Shown: positions 49,850 through 58,508, counted from the stretch's first letter. The stretch: DNA of 64,000 bases from Candidatus Woesearchaeota archaeon (GCA_017609465.1 JAFCDX010000004.1:1822-65821), one strand, 5' to 3'. Translations and numbers: made by a program. Notes: generated from the letters alone by a model not told the origin.

Positions 49850-51375
49850 TATGCAATCCTCCTTTTCCTGTATTTGCATCCATTTATTTTTCCTAATTTG
49901 TCAAGAGCCCTGTACATAGACTTTTCACTCATGTTAATCCCTGTATTTCTTTTTATTTTTTTAAGAGCCTCTTCATTAGTTCCTGAGAAATATGCATCTT
50001 TTATGATTTCAAGCTCTTCATAATTTATCATGCTTATATTTGTTTTTCTTTCATGATTAATTTCATTCCATGCATAACTCAAAACCTTTCTCAATTCAGA
50101 TTCATCATCAAGCATTGAGAACATATCTAAAGTATCCTCTTTGCCATTCACTGAATAAAAATCAGCTATATCTCTAACATGATTATAAAAATTTTCCATT
50201 CCTTTTTCTATAACATCATCGGCATTCTGTAAAGTCGCATTTGAATATGACTCAATCAGATCCAACTCAATATCAACAGAAGCCTGCTCTTGCGGAAGCT
50301 CAATTTCCTGTCCTGGATAAATAAGGTCTCCTTTTATTCCATCCTTTCCTTTTCTAACAACCTTATTATCAACATAAACCTTGTCTATTTTTAAATTAGG
50401 ATATTTTTCTGAATTTAATTCAGCTATTTCATTAACTTTTTCTGCTATATCCTTCTCATCGCTAAGATTATATCTTTCCTTTACTATGTTCCATAAGTTA
50501 TCCTCTTTTTTTACAACATGAACATATTTATTTGTATTTTCATTTGATTCATTATTTTTAGGAATATTGCTTGTCATTGAGGTTTTTATCTCTAAATTGT
50601 TTTTTTCAAAAATCTTTTCCATTATTTCTTGATTCTTATTGCAATTCTTTCCTGCAAACAATCCTGATAAACCTCCTATCAATAAAGATGCAGAAATATA
50701 TGCTGCTGTTTTCTTTATTGCGCTTGATTTTAACACATAACGAGGGTCTTCAATATCAATAACTATTACAGAGGCATCATCTTCCTTGCCTGAATTTCTT
50801 ATTATATACTCAACGGATTTTCTTGGATTTTTCCTAACTTCCTTTAGTATTTTATTATCTTCCAAATCAACACCATCAGATGCAAGAACAATCTTGTCTC
50901 CAGCTCTCAAGGGAACATTTCTGTAAAAAGGTTTTAATTCTCCCTTGTAATCAGGTCCAAGAGCCTGGTTCAATTTTCCTTCTTCATTAACATGCTCGTC
51001 TGTAAGTTTTTCTATCATATTGTTTTTTATCAAATAAGCCTTTGAATCACCAACATGAACAATGTCAAGTGAATAATCTCCATCTTCATCATTTATCCTT
51101 GCTGCAGTAAATGTTGTACCTCCAACAAAGACATTGTCTCTCAATTTTCTTATTAGGTCCTCTAGATTCATGTTTCTGTCCTTGTTTAATATGGATCCTG
51201 CAGCAGAAACACACTGCATGCTTGCTTCTCTTCCATTAAAAGTACCGTCTTTGCTGAGTTCACTCACACCATCTGCTATTGCATAAAATCTAAGTTTGTC
51301 AGAAACAAAAAAGGAATCTTCATTATACAACTTTCCTTCCTTAGCCCTGGTTTTCTTATAGGATGCTATCTTCAT
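49849..51375 (-). CDS. PP2C-family Ser/Thr phosphatase - TM - LysM fusion
   Basis: 'YAIADGVS', 'VHVGDSKAYL', 'VLASDGV', 'DDASVIVI'. TM 'AAYISASLLIGGLSGLFAG'. LysM 'YVHVVKKEDNLWNIVKERY...IYPGQEIELP'. Confidence 0.8.
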   Translation of the reverse strand: MKIASYKKTRAKEGKLYNEDSFFVSDKLRFYAIADGVSELSKDGTFNGREASMQCVSAAGSILNKDRNMNLEDLIRKLRDNVFVGGTTFTAARINDEDGDYSLDIVHVGDSKAYLIKNNMIEKLTDEHVNEEGKLNQALGPDYKGELKPFYRNVPLRAGDKIVLASDGVDLEDNKILKEVRKNPRKSVEYIIRNSGKEDDASVIVIDIEDPRYVLKSSAIKKTAAYISASLLIGGLSGLFAGKNCNKNQEIMEKIFEKNNLEIKTSMTSNIPKNNESNENTNKYVHVVKKEDNLWNIVKERYNLSDEKDIAEKVNEIAELNSEKYPNLKIDKVYVDNKVVRKGKDGIKGDLIYPGQEIELPQEQASVDIELDLIESYSNATLQNADDVIEKGMENFYNHVRDIADFYSVNGKEDTLDMFSMLDDESELRKVLSYAWNEINHERKTNISMINYEELEIIKDAYFSGTNEEALKKIKRNTGINMSEKSMYRALDKLGKINGCKYRKRRIA

Positions 51376-51506
51376 CTTAACATTATATGATTAGAGAATT
51401 AATATATAAACTTTTCTAAATTTTATCACTATAAAGTCAGAAAATTATTTTGTTAAATGATATAAATCTTATAATAATTTAAATAACAAAAATAAAGAAG
51501 AAAAAA

Positions 51507-52703
51507 TTATTTTCTTTTTCTGTAATACAGATATCCGCCTGATCCTATTGCCAATAATCCTAAAGCTATCAATAACCATACAACACTTGATCCTGATGTG
51601 CCTACTGCTGCTCCTGTTACTTCAGGAGTTTCATCAACAACTTCAGGTTCTTGTTCAGTTTCTGTAATTTCACAATCTCTGTTTTCTCTTTTTTCTGATT
51701 CTATTTCAGGACATTCTTTTACATCATTACAAAATCTTGTTTGTTCTCCATCAACACATGATGTCCATTCACCACATACCCATTCAGGTATACAAAATGG
51801 ACCAGAACTTCCACCAGATGAACTTCCACCAGATGAACTTGTTGGTGCTGGACATGCTAAATCAGAACCGTCACAATCTTGATCAATTCCATCACCACAA
51901 ATTTCTGTGTTACCAGGGAATCTGTTTCCATCATCATCTGCACAATCTATTTCTGTATTTACACAAAAACTTGTATCTCCTGCACTATAACCATCACCAT
52001 CATTATCTATACATGGTGGGTTTACAACTTCTATTGTAACACTTCCAATAACATCAGTACATGTTTTTTGTATATTACCTTCCACTAACATATTTATTAC
52101 TAATGTTCCTGCTGTTAATGGTTTTATTACAATGCTTGAAGTTCCATCATTTGATACTGCGCTTTTAGTTGTTGCATAAACTTCTGAAGCCTCTATAATC
52201 TCATCATTAGGTGCTCCTAAAGTTGTATTTTTACCAACTAACAATGCATCTGCTGTTGAAGAAGGATCTATTGAAAATAAAACTCCTGTTGCTCCTCTTC
52301 TTGCATCAAAACCATTATTAACACCATATAATGAATTAACATAAAATTCCAGTGTTTGTTCTGTGTTTATTTCTATTGGACCTGCTATTTCGCTTGTTAT
52401 TATTTCTTCTGGACACCCTTGCAATTCATTTGTCAATGTTCCAAAGAATAACTGGTCTAAAAGACTTGAATCCGCGCTTGTGACAGAACCATCTCCATTA
52501 AGGTCATATATGTCTGCACATTCATAATCTCCTTGTATACTTGTATCTCCTAATACTATACATTCATCAACACCACTTAAATCAGTGGATAATATAGAAC
52601 AATCTCCATTAGAATCCCCTAATCTACATACTCCTAATTCCTTCGCTCCTAAAACTAAAGGAAGCATAAGTAAAATTCCTGCTAATATTAATATTTTTTT
52701 CAT
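51507..52703 (-). CDS. surface protein: dockerin-like repeats, MopE-like Cys/Asp motif, GS linker, 6-Cys module, TPEVTG tail
   Basis: 'GDSNGDCSILSTDL' and 'DLNGDGSVTSADSSLLDQLFFG'. 'DCADDDGNRFPGNTEICGDGIDQDCDG'. 'CIPEWVCGEWTSC'. 'DETPEVTGAAVG..YLYYRKRK'. Confidence 0.75.
   Translation of the reverse strand: MKKILILAGILLMLPLVLGAKELGVCRLGDSNGDCSILSTDLSGVDECIVLGDTSIQGDYECADIYDLNGDGSVTSADSSLLDQLFFGTLTNELQGCPEEIITSEIAGPIEINTEQTLEFYVNSLYGVNNGFDARRGATGVLFSIDPSSTADALLVGKNTTLGAPNDEIIEASEVYATTKSAVSNDGTSSIVIKPLTAGTLVINMLVEGNIQKTCTDVIGSVTIEVVNPPCIDNDGDGYSAGDTSFCVNTEIDCADDDGNRFPGNTEICGDGIDQDCDGSDLACPAPTSSSGGSSSGGSSGPFCIPEWVCGEWTSCVDGEQTRFCNDVKECPEIESEKRENRDCEITETEQEPEVVDETPEVTGAAVGTSGSSVVWLLIALGLLAIGSGGYLYYRKRK
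51612..51629 (-). other. TPEVTG motif codons (copy 3 of 4)
   Basis: The + strand reads tcctgttacttcaggagt, identical to copy 1. Confidence 0.6.
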
Positions 52704-52779
52704 TTTTATTTACTATTTAGTTAAACAAAGTCTATTTAAAGGTTTCGGTATGGATTTTGTTCAAAAATAAAGAAAAAAA

Positions 52780-53961
52780 TTACTTCTTTTTATAGTATAA
52801 ATACCCGCCAATACCAACAACTAACAATCCCAAGGCAGTTAGTAACCATATAATATTTGTATTATTTTCTGTTCCAACAACAGCGCCTGTTACTTCTGGT
52901 ACTTCTGGTGTTTCTCTACTGGTTTCTTCAACGATTTCAGATTCCTCAACAACTTTTGGATAATATGTGCATGTCCTTGCTGTTTCTGGCTTGTTTTTAT
53001 TACAAGAATTCAATAAAATACATTCTCTTGTTCTTAATCCATCTTCACTACAAGGAACTTCATTCCAATCTTGGCATTCCCATTCTGGTTTACAAGATGA
53101 ACCTCCACCTGAACTTGTTGATGGACTTGTTGGTGATGGTGCAGGAGTTTTTCCTAAAACACCATCACAATTCTCATCAACATCATTATCATTTATTTCT
53201 GTTGCATTTGGATTTATTGAAGCATTATTATCATTACAATCAACATCAGAAGTAAAATTATCATTATCATAATCAATGTAATAATTCATTACTCCAATAC
53301 ATATAATATTTTCCATTTCAACATTCCAGGATTCATTATTCAAGTAATAACATGTTCCATTAAAATTGCTATTTATTAGTTCATCAAAATTAAACAAGTT
53401 TATGTCTGAACCATAACCAACAGTCATATATCCGTTATAAAACCCAAATATATTTCCTTGTATGTTTGTCTCATTTATGTATCCATCTCCAATCAAGGCT
53501 TCAAATTCCTTGTATCCTAAAATATAAAGATTATCTCCATCTTTTACCTCCCCACTAAGAAAATATCCTTCTGCATTAAAACCTTGTTCATTGGACACAA
53601 AACATCCAAAAGTATTATTTTCTGCAACACAAAACCCATTATAAGGATTTTTTATTGATATGTCTGGAGACATTTCAGTTTCATTATTCAAGATTATTTT
53701 ACCATAAAAAATACCATCTATTGTGTCTCCTATGAAAACACCATCATAAACAACAGTCCCTAATTGAGTATCATCCCAACCATTATACAAATTACAAGTT
53801 ATTGGCCAAGAATCAAAAACAGTATAATTTAATTCATTAACTGTAAAAGAAGCTTCAGAATTTGTCTTAAATTCATTATAATTTATTTCAAATTCATAAA
53901 CATTTGCTAATACCAACGGTAAAACTAGTAATATTATTAATGTTATCAGTATTTTTTTCAT
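52780..53961 (-). CDS. surface protein paralog: unrelated ectodomain, MopE-like motif, GS linker, 6-Cys module, TPEVPEVTG tail
   Basis: Signal 'MKKILITLIILLVLPLVLA' is close to the neighbour's. 'DCNDNNASINPNATEINDNDVDENCDG'. 'CKPEWECQDWNEVPC'. 'RETPEVPEVTGAVVG...YLYYKKK'. Confidence 0.75.
   Translation of the reverse strand: MKKILITLIILLVLPLVLANVYEFEINYNEFKTNSEASFTVNELNYTVFDSWPITCNLYNGWDDTQLGTVVYDGVFIGDTIDGIFYGKIILNNETEMSPDISIKNPYNGFCVAENNTFGCFVSNEQGFNAEGYFLSGEVKDGDNLYILGYKEFEALIGDGYINETNIQGNIFGFYNGYMTVGYGSDINLFNFDELINSNFNGTCYYLNNESWNVEMENIICIGVMNYYIDYDNDNFTSDVDCNDNNASINPNATEINDNDVDENCDGVLGKTPAPSPTSPSTSSGGGSSCKPEWECQDWNEVPCSEDGLRTRECILLNSCNKNKPETARTCTYYPKVVEESEIVEETSRETPEVPEVTGAVVGTENNTNIIWLLTALGLLVVGIGGYLYYKKK
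52885..52911 (-). other. TPEVPEVTG motif codons (copy 4 of 4, PEV duplicated)
   Basis: The + strand reads gcctgttacttctggtacttctggtgt. Confidence 0.6.
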
Positions 53962-54087
53962 TTATGTCATCTCCTTTGGTTTAATTACCATTTATTTACC
54001 GGTAACTAATAATATTTAAATCTTTCGGTATTTAATTGGTAAGTAATTGGGTATAACAATTATAAAGGGTAATAATATGTATATTAT

Positions 54088-54351
54088 ATGGTAAACAAAT
54101 GGTATCTTGTGGGAAAAGTGAATGCAAGCACCTACAGGATAAAAGTTCTCAAAGAATTAAACAATAACAACAAAACACCAAGTGAATTAGAAAATATATT
54201 AAAAATAAAAATTTCTCATATAAGTCGCGCCCTTACAGAATTAACAGAAATAGGATTGGTAAAATGCTTAACACCTGAATTAAGAAAGAACAAGATATAT
54301 TCAATTACAAAAAAGGGAAAAGAAGTTCTCAAGATGTTATCAAAACCTTAA
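54088..54351 (+). CDS. small winged-helix regulator (ArsR/MarR-like)
   Basis: 'YRIKVLKELNNNNKTPSELENILKIKISHISRALTELTEIGLVKCL...KNKIYSITKKGKEVL'. Confidence 0.7.
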   Translation: MVNKWYLVGKVNASTYRIKVLKELNNNNKTPSELENILKIKISHISRALTELTEIGLVKCLTPELRKNKIYSITKKGKEVLKMLSKP

Positions 54352-54613
54352 AAGACAGTTTATTGGATTTTTTCACTGCCCATATTACTTTTTTTGCTTT
54401 TGACATTTCCTGTATCATTAACGCGTATGTTTTTGCCTTTTTCATGTCAACATTTCCCTTGACAAAGAATATAATTGATTTTCCATTATTTTTATTTATG
54501 AATTTTCTAATCTCCATAAAATTTCCTTCCTTACACACGTAATTTTTGCTGTCACACAAAACATCAAGAATATCCTTAAGTTCACAGCCTTTCTTGTTCA
54601 AGCATTCTAACAT
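54329..54613 (-). CDS. hypothetical protein
   Basis: 94-aa ORF only. Its 3' end overlaps the convergent wHTH gene. Confidence 0.4.
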   Translation of the reverse strand: MLECLNKKGCELKDILDVLCDSKNYVCKEGNFMEIRKFINKNNGKSIIFFVKGNVDMKKAKTYALMIQEMSKAKKVIWAVKKSNKLSFKVLITS

Positions 54614-54652
54614 TTTATTACCAATTATTTACCACTTATATATTTTTTGATT

Positions 54653-55018
54653 TTAATATTCATATATGATATCTATTTTTATTCTGTCATCTTTTTCACT
54701 ATTTTTTGACATCCATAAAATATTGGAATTACCATCAACATGTTTAGATATTGTTTCAATTATCTCACTTGCCTTTTCAAGAATGAAATTCTCTCCAACT
54801 TTCACGCTTATTATGGCCCCATTTATTTTTCTTGGAATTTTTTTTATTTTCTTTTTTAATTCATTCATATCAAAACTTCTTATTTCTATTTTATCAGAAT
54901 TTTTTAATGTTGCAATGACATCATGAGAATCAAAATCATTGTCATAAAGAAAATCTATTAATTTCCTTGCCACTTTCTTGTTTTTCCTAAAAATCTCCTT
55001 TAATCTGTCTCTTGTCAT
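54653..55018 (-). CDS. hypothetical protein with faint FtsZ C-terminal-domain-like pattern
   Basis: 'INGAIISVKVGENFILEKASEIIETISKHVDGNSNILW...DRIKIDIIY' resembles the FtsZ C-domain strand-helix pattern. Weak. Confidence 0.4.
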   Translation of the reverse strand: MTRDRLKEIFRKNKKVARKLIDFLYDNDFDSHDVIATLKNSDKIEIRSFDMNELKKKIKKIPRKINGAIISVKVGENFILEKASEIIETISKHVDGNSNILWMSKNSEKDDRIKIDIIYEY

Positions 55019-55136
55019 GTATTTTGAAATATTAAATTATATTTAAACCTTTCTATTATTTTGTATATTTGTATATAAATTAGTATAATAATAAACAATA
55101 AAAAGACTTATAAATAGATTAGTATAATAAACTAAA

Positions 55137-55736
55137 ATGGCAAAAGTTCTATTAGCCACATTATATACTGCAGATCCTGTACTATTGGCTGCAAACAGGC
55201 TTGGCCCTGACAGATTAATATTATTTATCGATAAAGAGCCGAATAACGAACAGAAAAAATCCCTTAAATTAATAAAAGATTCCATTGGGAGGGTTGTTGA
55301 TGTAAAGGAAGTAAAGACAGATGTTTATGATATTGTTAATGTTGCCAAAAAATCCGTTGAAATAATTGACATGCAGCCAAAGGATGATTACATATTCATT
55401 AATATCACTTCTGGAAGAAAGACAAAGGCTCTTGGATTGTTGTTTGCTGCTTATGCACGTCATGAGAGAATAAAGAAAATAGCTTATAACCCTGAAGAGG
55501 ACAAGACTTCTGTTATTTATCTTCCAAAATTATCCTTTAAATTAACTGAAAGCCAAAAGAAAATTCTTGAAATTCTTGATAAAAAAGAAAATCTTAATTT
55601 TGCTGAACTTGCTGAAAAAGTTGAAATTTCAAGGGCAATGCTTTACAGAAATATTGATGAGTTAAGGGATTTGGACTTGATAAACACTGAAAACGGATTT
55701 AAGTTAACGGATGCAGGGAGAATTGCTGTTCTCTGA
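55137..55736 (+). CDS. CARF-like Rossmann domain + wHTH regulator (Csa3-like)
   Basis: N-terminal 'KVLLATLYTADPVL...RLILFID', 'FINITSGRKTKALGLLFAAY'. C-terminal 'SQKKILEIL...LNFAELAEKVEISRAMLYRNIDELRDLDLI'. This is the Csa3 architecture. Confidence 0.55.
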   Translation: MAKVLLATLYTADPVLLAANRLGPDRLILFIDKEPNNEQKKSLKLIKDSIGRVVDVKEVKTDVYDIVNVAKKSVEIIDMQPKDDYIFINITSGRKTKALGLLFAAYARHERIKKIAYNPEEDKTSVIYLPKLSFKLTESQKKILEILDKKENLNFAELAEKVEISRAMLYRNIDELRDLDLINTENGFKLTDAGRIAVL

Positions 55737-55752
55737 CAAAAAAGAGGAAAGA

Positions 55753-55926
55753 ATGGAAAATGTTGAAACAGATAATTTGGATGAAATTAAGAAGAAATTA
55801 AAAGATTATAAGGAAGATGATATAAAATTTAATGAACCTCATTTTTCAGACCAACTTATGCTCAGAGAAGGAAAGAAGGAAGATGTCATTAGGAACATAT
55901 TAAATCATGGGGCATATTTTAAATAA
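55753..55926 (+). CDS. short ORF, possibly a truncated gene fragment
   Basis: 'MENVETDNLDEIKKKLKDYKEDDIKFNEPHFSDQLMLREGKKEDVIRNILN' stops right at the MNT promoter. Confidence 0.3.
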   Translation: MENVETDNLDEIKKKLKDYKEDDIKFNEPHFSDQLMLREGKKEDVIRNILNHGAYFK

Positions 55927-55929
55927 TCA

Positions 55930-55943
55930 AAAGATTTATAAAG
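55930..55943 (+). promoter_or_regulatory. BRE/TATA promoter element (aaagatttataaag)
   Basis: Exact 14-mer, 22 nt before the ATG at 55965 (leaderless geometry). Confidence 0.45.
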
Positions 55944-55964
55944 TTAAGTTTACTCATATAAACT

Positions 55965-56513
55965 ATGATTAATATATATAAACTAAAGTTAACAATATTA
56001 CAGCAAGAGATTTTAAGATTCCTTTTTATAAATAATGGAGAAACATTCAATGCCAGAGATCTTGCAAGAAATTTAAAGGTTTCACAAACTGCAATCTCAA
56101 AAGCCCTACCTTCTCTTGAAGAATTAGATTATATAAAAGTACAAAAAAACAAAATATCAAAAAGATTATCCATCAATTTAAATACAGAAAATCCCTTGAT
56201 TAATGGTCTAAAAAGATCTGAAAACTTAAAAATTTTCTATGAATCTGGATTAGCAGATTTCTTATCAGATAATTTACCAGGGTGCACCATAATACTTTTT
56301 GGCTCATATTCATGGGGGGATGATACAATAAATTCAGATATTGACATTGCAGTCATTGGGACAAAAAAAAGGGATTTAAAGATTGAAAGATTTGAAAGAA
56401 TACTCAAAAAGAAGATTATCCTTCAATTTTATCCAGATTTTAAAGATATTCATAAACATTTAAAGGAGAATTTATTCAATGGCATATTGATAAGCGGGGG
56501 GATAGAATTATGA
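55965..56513 (+). CDS. wHTH + minimal nucleotidyltransferase (MNT, antitoxin-like)
   Basis: 'IILFGSYSWGDDTINSDIDIAVIG' (GS...SD.D). N-terminal 'FNARDLARNLKVSQTAISKALPSLEELDYI'. Confidence 0.85.
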   Translation: MINIYKLKLTILQQEILRFLFINNGETFNARDLARNLKVSQTAISKALPSLEELDYIKVQKNKISKRLSINLNTENPLINGLKRSENLKIFYESGLADFLSDNLPGCTIILFGSYSWGDDTINSDIDIAVIGTKKRDLKIERFERILKKKIILQFYPDFKDIHKHLKENLFNGILISGGIEL

Positions 56514-56953
56514 AATTGCCAAAAAAATTTGAAGAGTATTTAAACCAAGGCATTATAAGAAAAATACATCCAAACAAATCAAGGGCAAATTTCTTAATAA
56601 AGGGATCTAAAAATTCATTGCAAGGTATAAAAGAAATAGTTAAAAAGATAGGTATAAATGATAAAAATTCAAATACAATAATAAAGGATTCTTATGATAT
56701 AATTATGGAAATTATAAGAGCGCAACTCCTGATGAAAGGATATACATCCTCTGGTCTTTATTCACATGAAGCAGAAATATCGTACATGTGGAATCTTGGT
56801 TTTACAGATAATGAGATTTCTTTCGTGAATGAATTGAGGTTTTTCAGAAATGGGATAATATATTACGGAAAGATTCTAGATAAGGAATATGCAACGAAAG
56901 TTTATGAATTCTTAAACAAAGTACTTCCAAAATTAACAAAAATTAATCTTTAA
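56510..56953 (+). CDS. HEPN-like partner of the MNT gene
   Basis: 4-nt overlap with the MNT gene. Helical, with 'ELRFFRNGIIYYG' resembling the HEPN R-x-x-x-x-N/H..Y region. No clear R-x4-6-H seen. Confidence 0.6.
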   Translation: MKLPKKFEEYLNQGIIRKIHPNKSRANFLIKGSKNSLQGIKEIVKKIGINDKNSNTIIKDSYDIIMEIIRAQLLMKGYTSSGLYSHEAEISYMWNLGFTDNEISFVNELRFFRNGIIYYGKILDKEYATKVYEFLNKVLPKLTKINL

Positions 56954-56975
56954 TGGAAAATGAAGTTAAATATCT

Positions 56976-58235
56976 TTAAAGAACCAGTATCCTTTCACCA
57001 ATATTTTCTATTATGTCTTTTTCCAATTCCTTTTTAGAATTACCTATATCAATCTCATCTAATTTTTTTATGGTTTTGTTAATCTCAAATTCATTCTCTT
57101 TTATTTTTGAATCAATCAAGGACTGCTCTTTCTTGATTTTTTCTATCTCATCAGCAAGTTTTATCTCACCAATCTTGTTTTTTAATTCATTAAGCTTCTT
57201 GCTTAAATTATTGTAATTTTCCAGAAAGTCTTTGAAATATTCATTATTGAATCTGTCAGTATTCCCGAGTATCTTGTTTTTCTTGTCTTCTTTTAATTCA
57301 AGCTCCCCTTTCCTGATGGATTCCATCATTTTATCAATAACCTCTGTAATTTCAAGATCTTCATCTTCCAATAATGCCTTTACAGGATCCTCAAGATATT
57401 TTCTTATCAATTTGTCCTTTAAGCTTAATCTTTCATATTTTTTTAATGCTGGCTTGAGTATTGAGAATGAATCATTCATCTCTTTTTTTGCTTTTTCTGT
57501 TTTTTCTTCCAGGATATTCTTTTCATTAATTAAATCAAGAAATTCCCTGTATTCATCGCTTTCCTCAATTGCTTCTATCTGTTTTGTTTTTTCTTTTTTC
57601 TCTTTCTCCATTTTCTGCAGCGCTTTTTTCGAAGATGAGATTTTTTTGTTTATTCTTTCTTCATAATCTTTTTTATTAATTATTTCACTAATCTTGTTTT
57701 TTAATTCTCTTGTTTCTCTTAATTTAGCATCCTCCGATATTTTTTTCATTTTCTTTGTGATTAAGTAATCCAGTTTTCTTAAGTTTCCTGAAATAACATT
57801 AATTTCATTTACAAAAAATTCCTGCAAAACATTGTAGCTTTTTTCCGTACTGTTTGTAAAAATATTAAGATATTCATCAAAAGCAGAATGAAATTCAAGA
57901 ATATTTTCAAAATCATTGGGAAATTCAATTTCATTCAAGAGAGATTCTGTTTTTTCAACATATATTTTCCTGTTTCCCTCCATTATATGCTTGGCTCTGT
58001 CAGGTATATCAGGGTTTTTTAATTCTGAATTTCTTAATTTATCAATATTATCCCTTAAGGTTTTTATCTCATTATATATTTCTTCCTTGATCTTTTCTAA
58101 TTCAGGTTTTTTAGATTCTAATTTTTTCTTAACCAGGGAATCTGCCCACTCATCCAATGCTTCTAATTCAATTTCTTTTATCTCTTTCTCAGGAGAATTT
58201 TTAAAAAAATCAAGGAATCCCATGTTAAATTGCAA
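56976..58235 (-). CDS. long coiled-coil protein
   Basis: 419 aa, Lys/Glu-rich heptad-like sequence throughout. Probable start at 'MGFLDFFK'. Confidence 0.6.
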   Translation of the reverse strand: MQFNMGFLDFFKNSPEKEIKEIELEALDEWADSLVKKKLESKKPELEKIKEEIYNEIKTLRDNIDKLRNSELKNPDIPDRAKHIMEGNRKIYVEKTESLLNEIEFPNDFENILEFHSAFDEYLNIFTNSTEKSYNVLQEFFVNEINVISGNLRKLDYLITKKMKKISEDAKLRETRELKNKISEIINKKDYEERINKKISSSKKALQKMEKEKKEKTKQIEAIEESDEYREFLDLINEKNILEEKTEKAKKEMNDSFSILKPALKKYERLSLKDKLIRKYLEDPVKALLEDEDLEITEVIDKMMESIRKGELELKEDKKNKILGNTDRFNNEYFKDFLENYNNLSKKLNELKNKIGEIKLADEIEKIKKEQSLIDSKIKENEFEINKTIKKLDEIDIGNSKKELEKDIIENIGERILVL

Positions 58236-58508
58236 ATATTTTCTTTTATATTTATTATGGTTTTTCTATTTTAAAGATTTATTTAAAGAATCAAAAATTT
58301 ATAGAATATCCATCAATTCCTTCCAGTTCTCGACAATTTTAATGTTATCAGGATTTCCAAGATTTCCATTAATCATGTTCTTTCAGTCATTATTGAAAAG
58401 ATAGGTATATAATAAAAATCAATGAAAGTACTGTCATAATCCATCAATATCCTGTCTTGCAATGCTTAATTTCATTTTTTGCTCAAAAACCACCATTATA
58501 TAAAAGTT

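Noticed and set aside
51598-53272. Plus-strand ORFs opposite the two TPEVTG surface genes (51598-51882, 51737-52039, 51879-52088, 52857-53255, 52967-53272)
   Set aside because: These are antisense shadow ORFs of genes with signal peptides and conserved modules. They have no start context or motifs.
57013-58404. Plus-strand Ser/Phe/Leu-rich ORFs opposite the coiled-coil gene
   Set aside because: Antisense of Lys/Glu-rich (aaa/gaa) codons gives long Phe/Ser/Leu frames, which is a compositional artefact.
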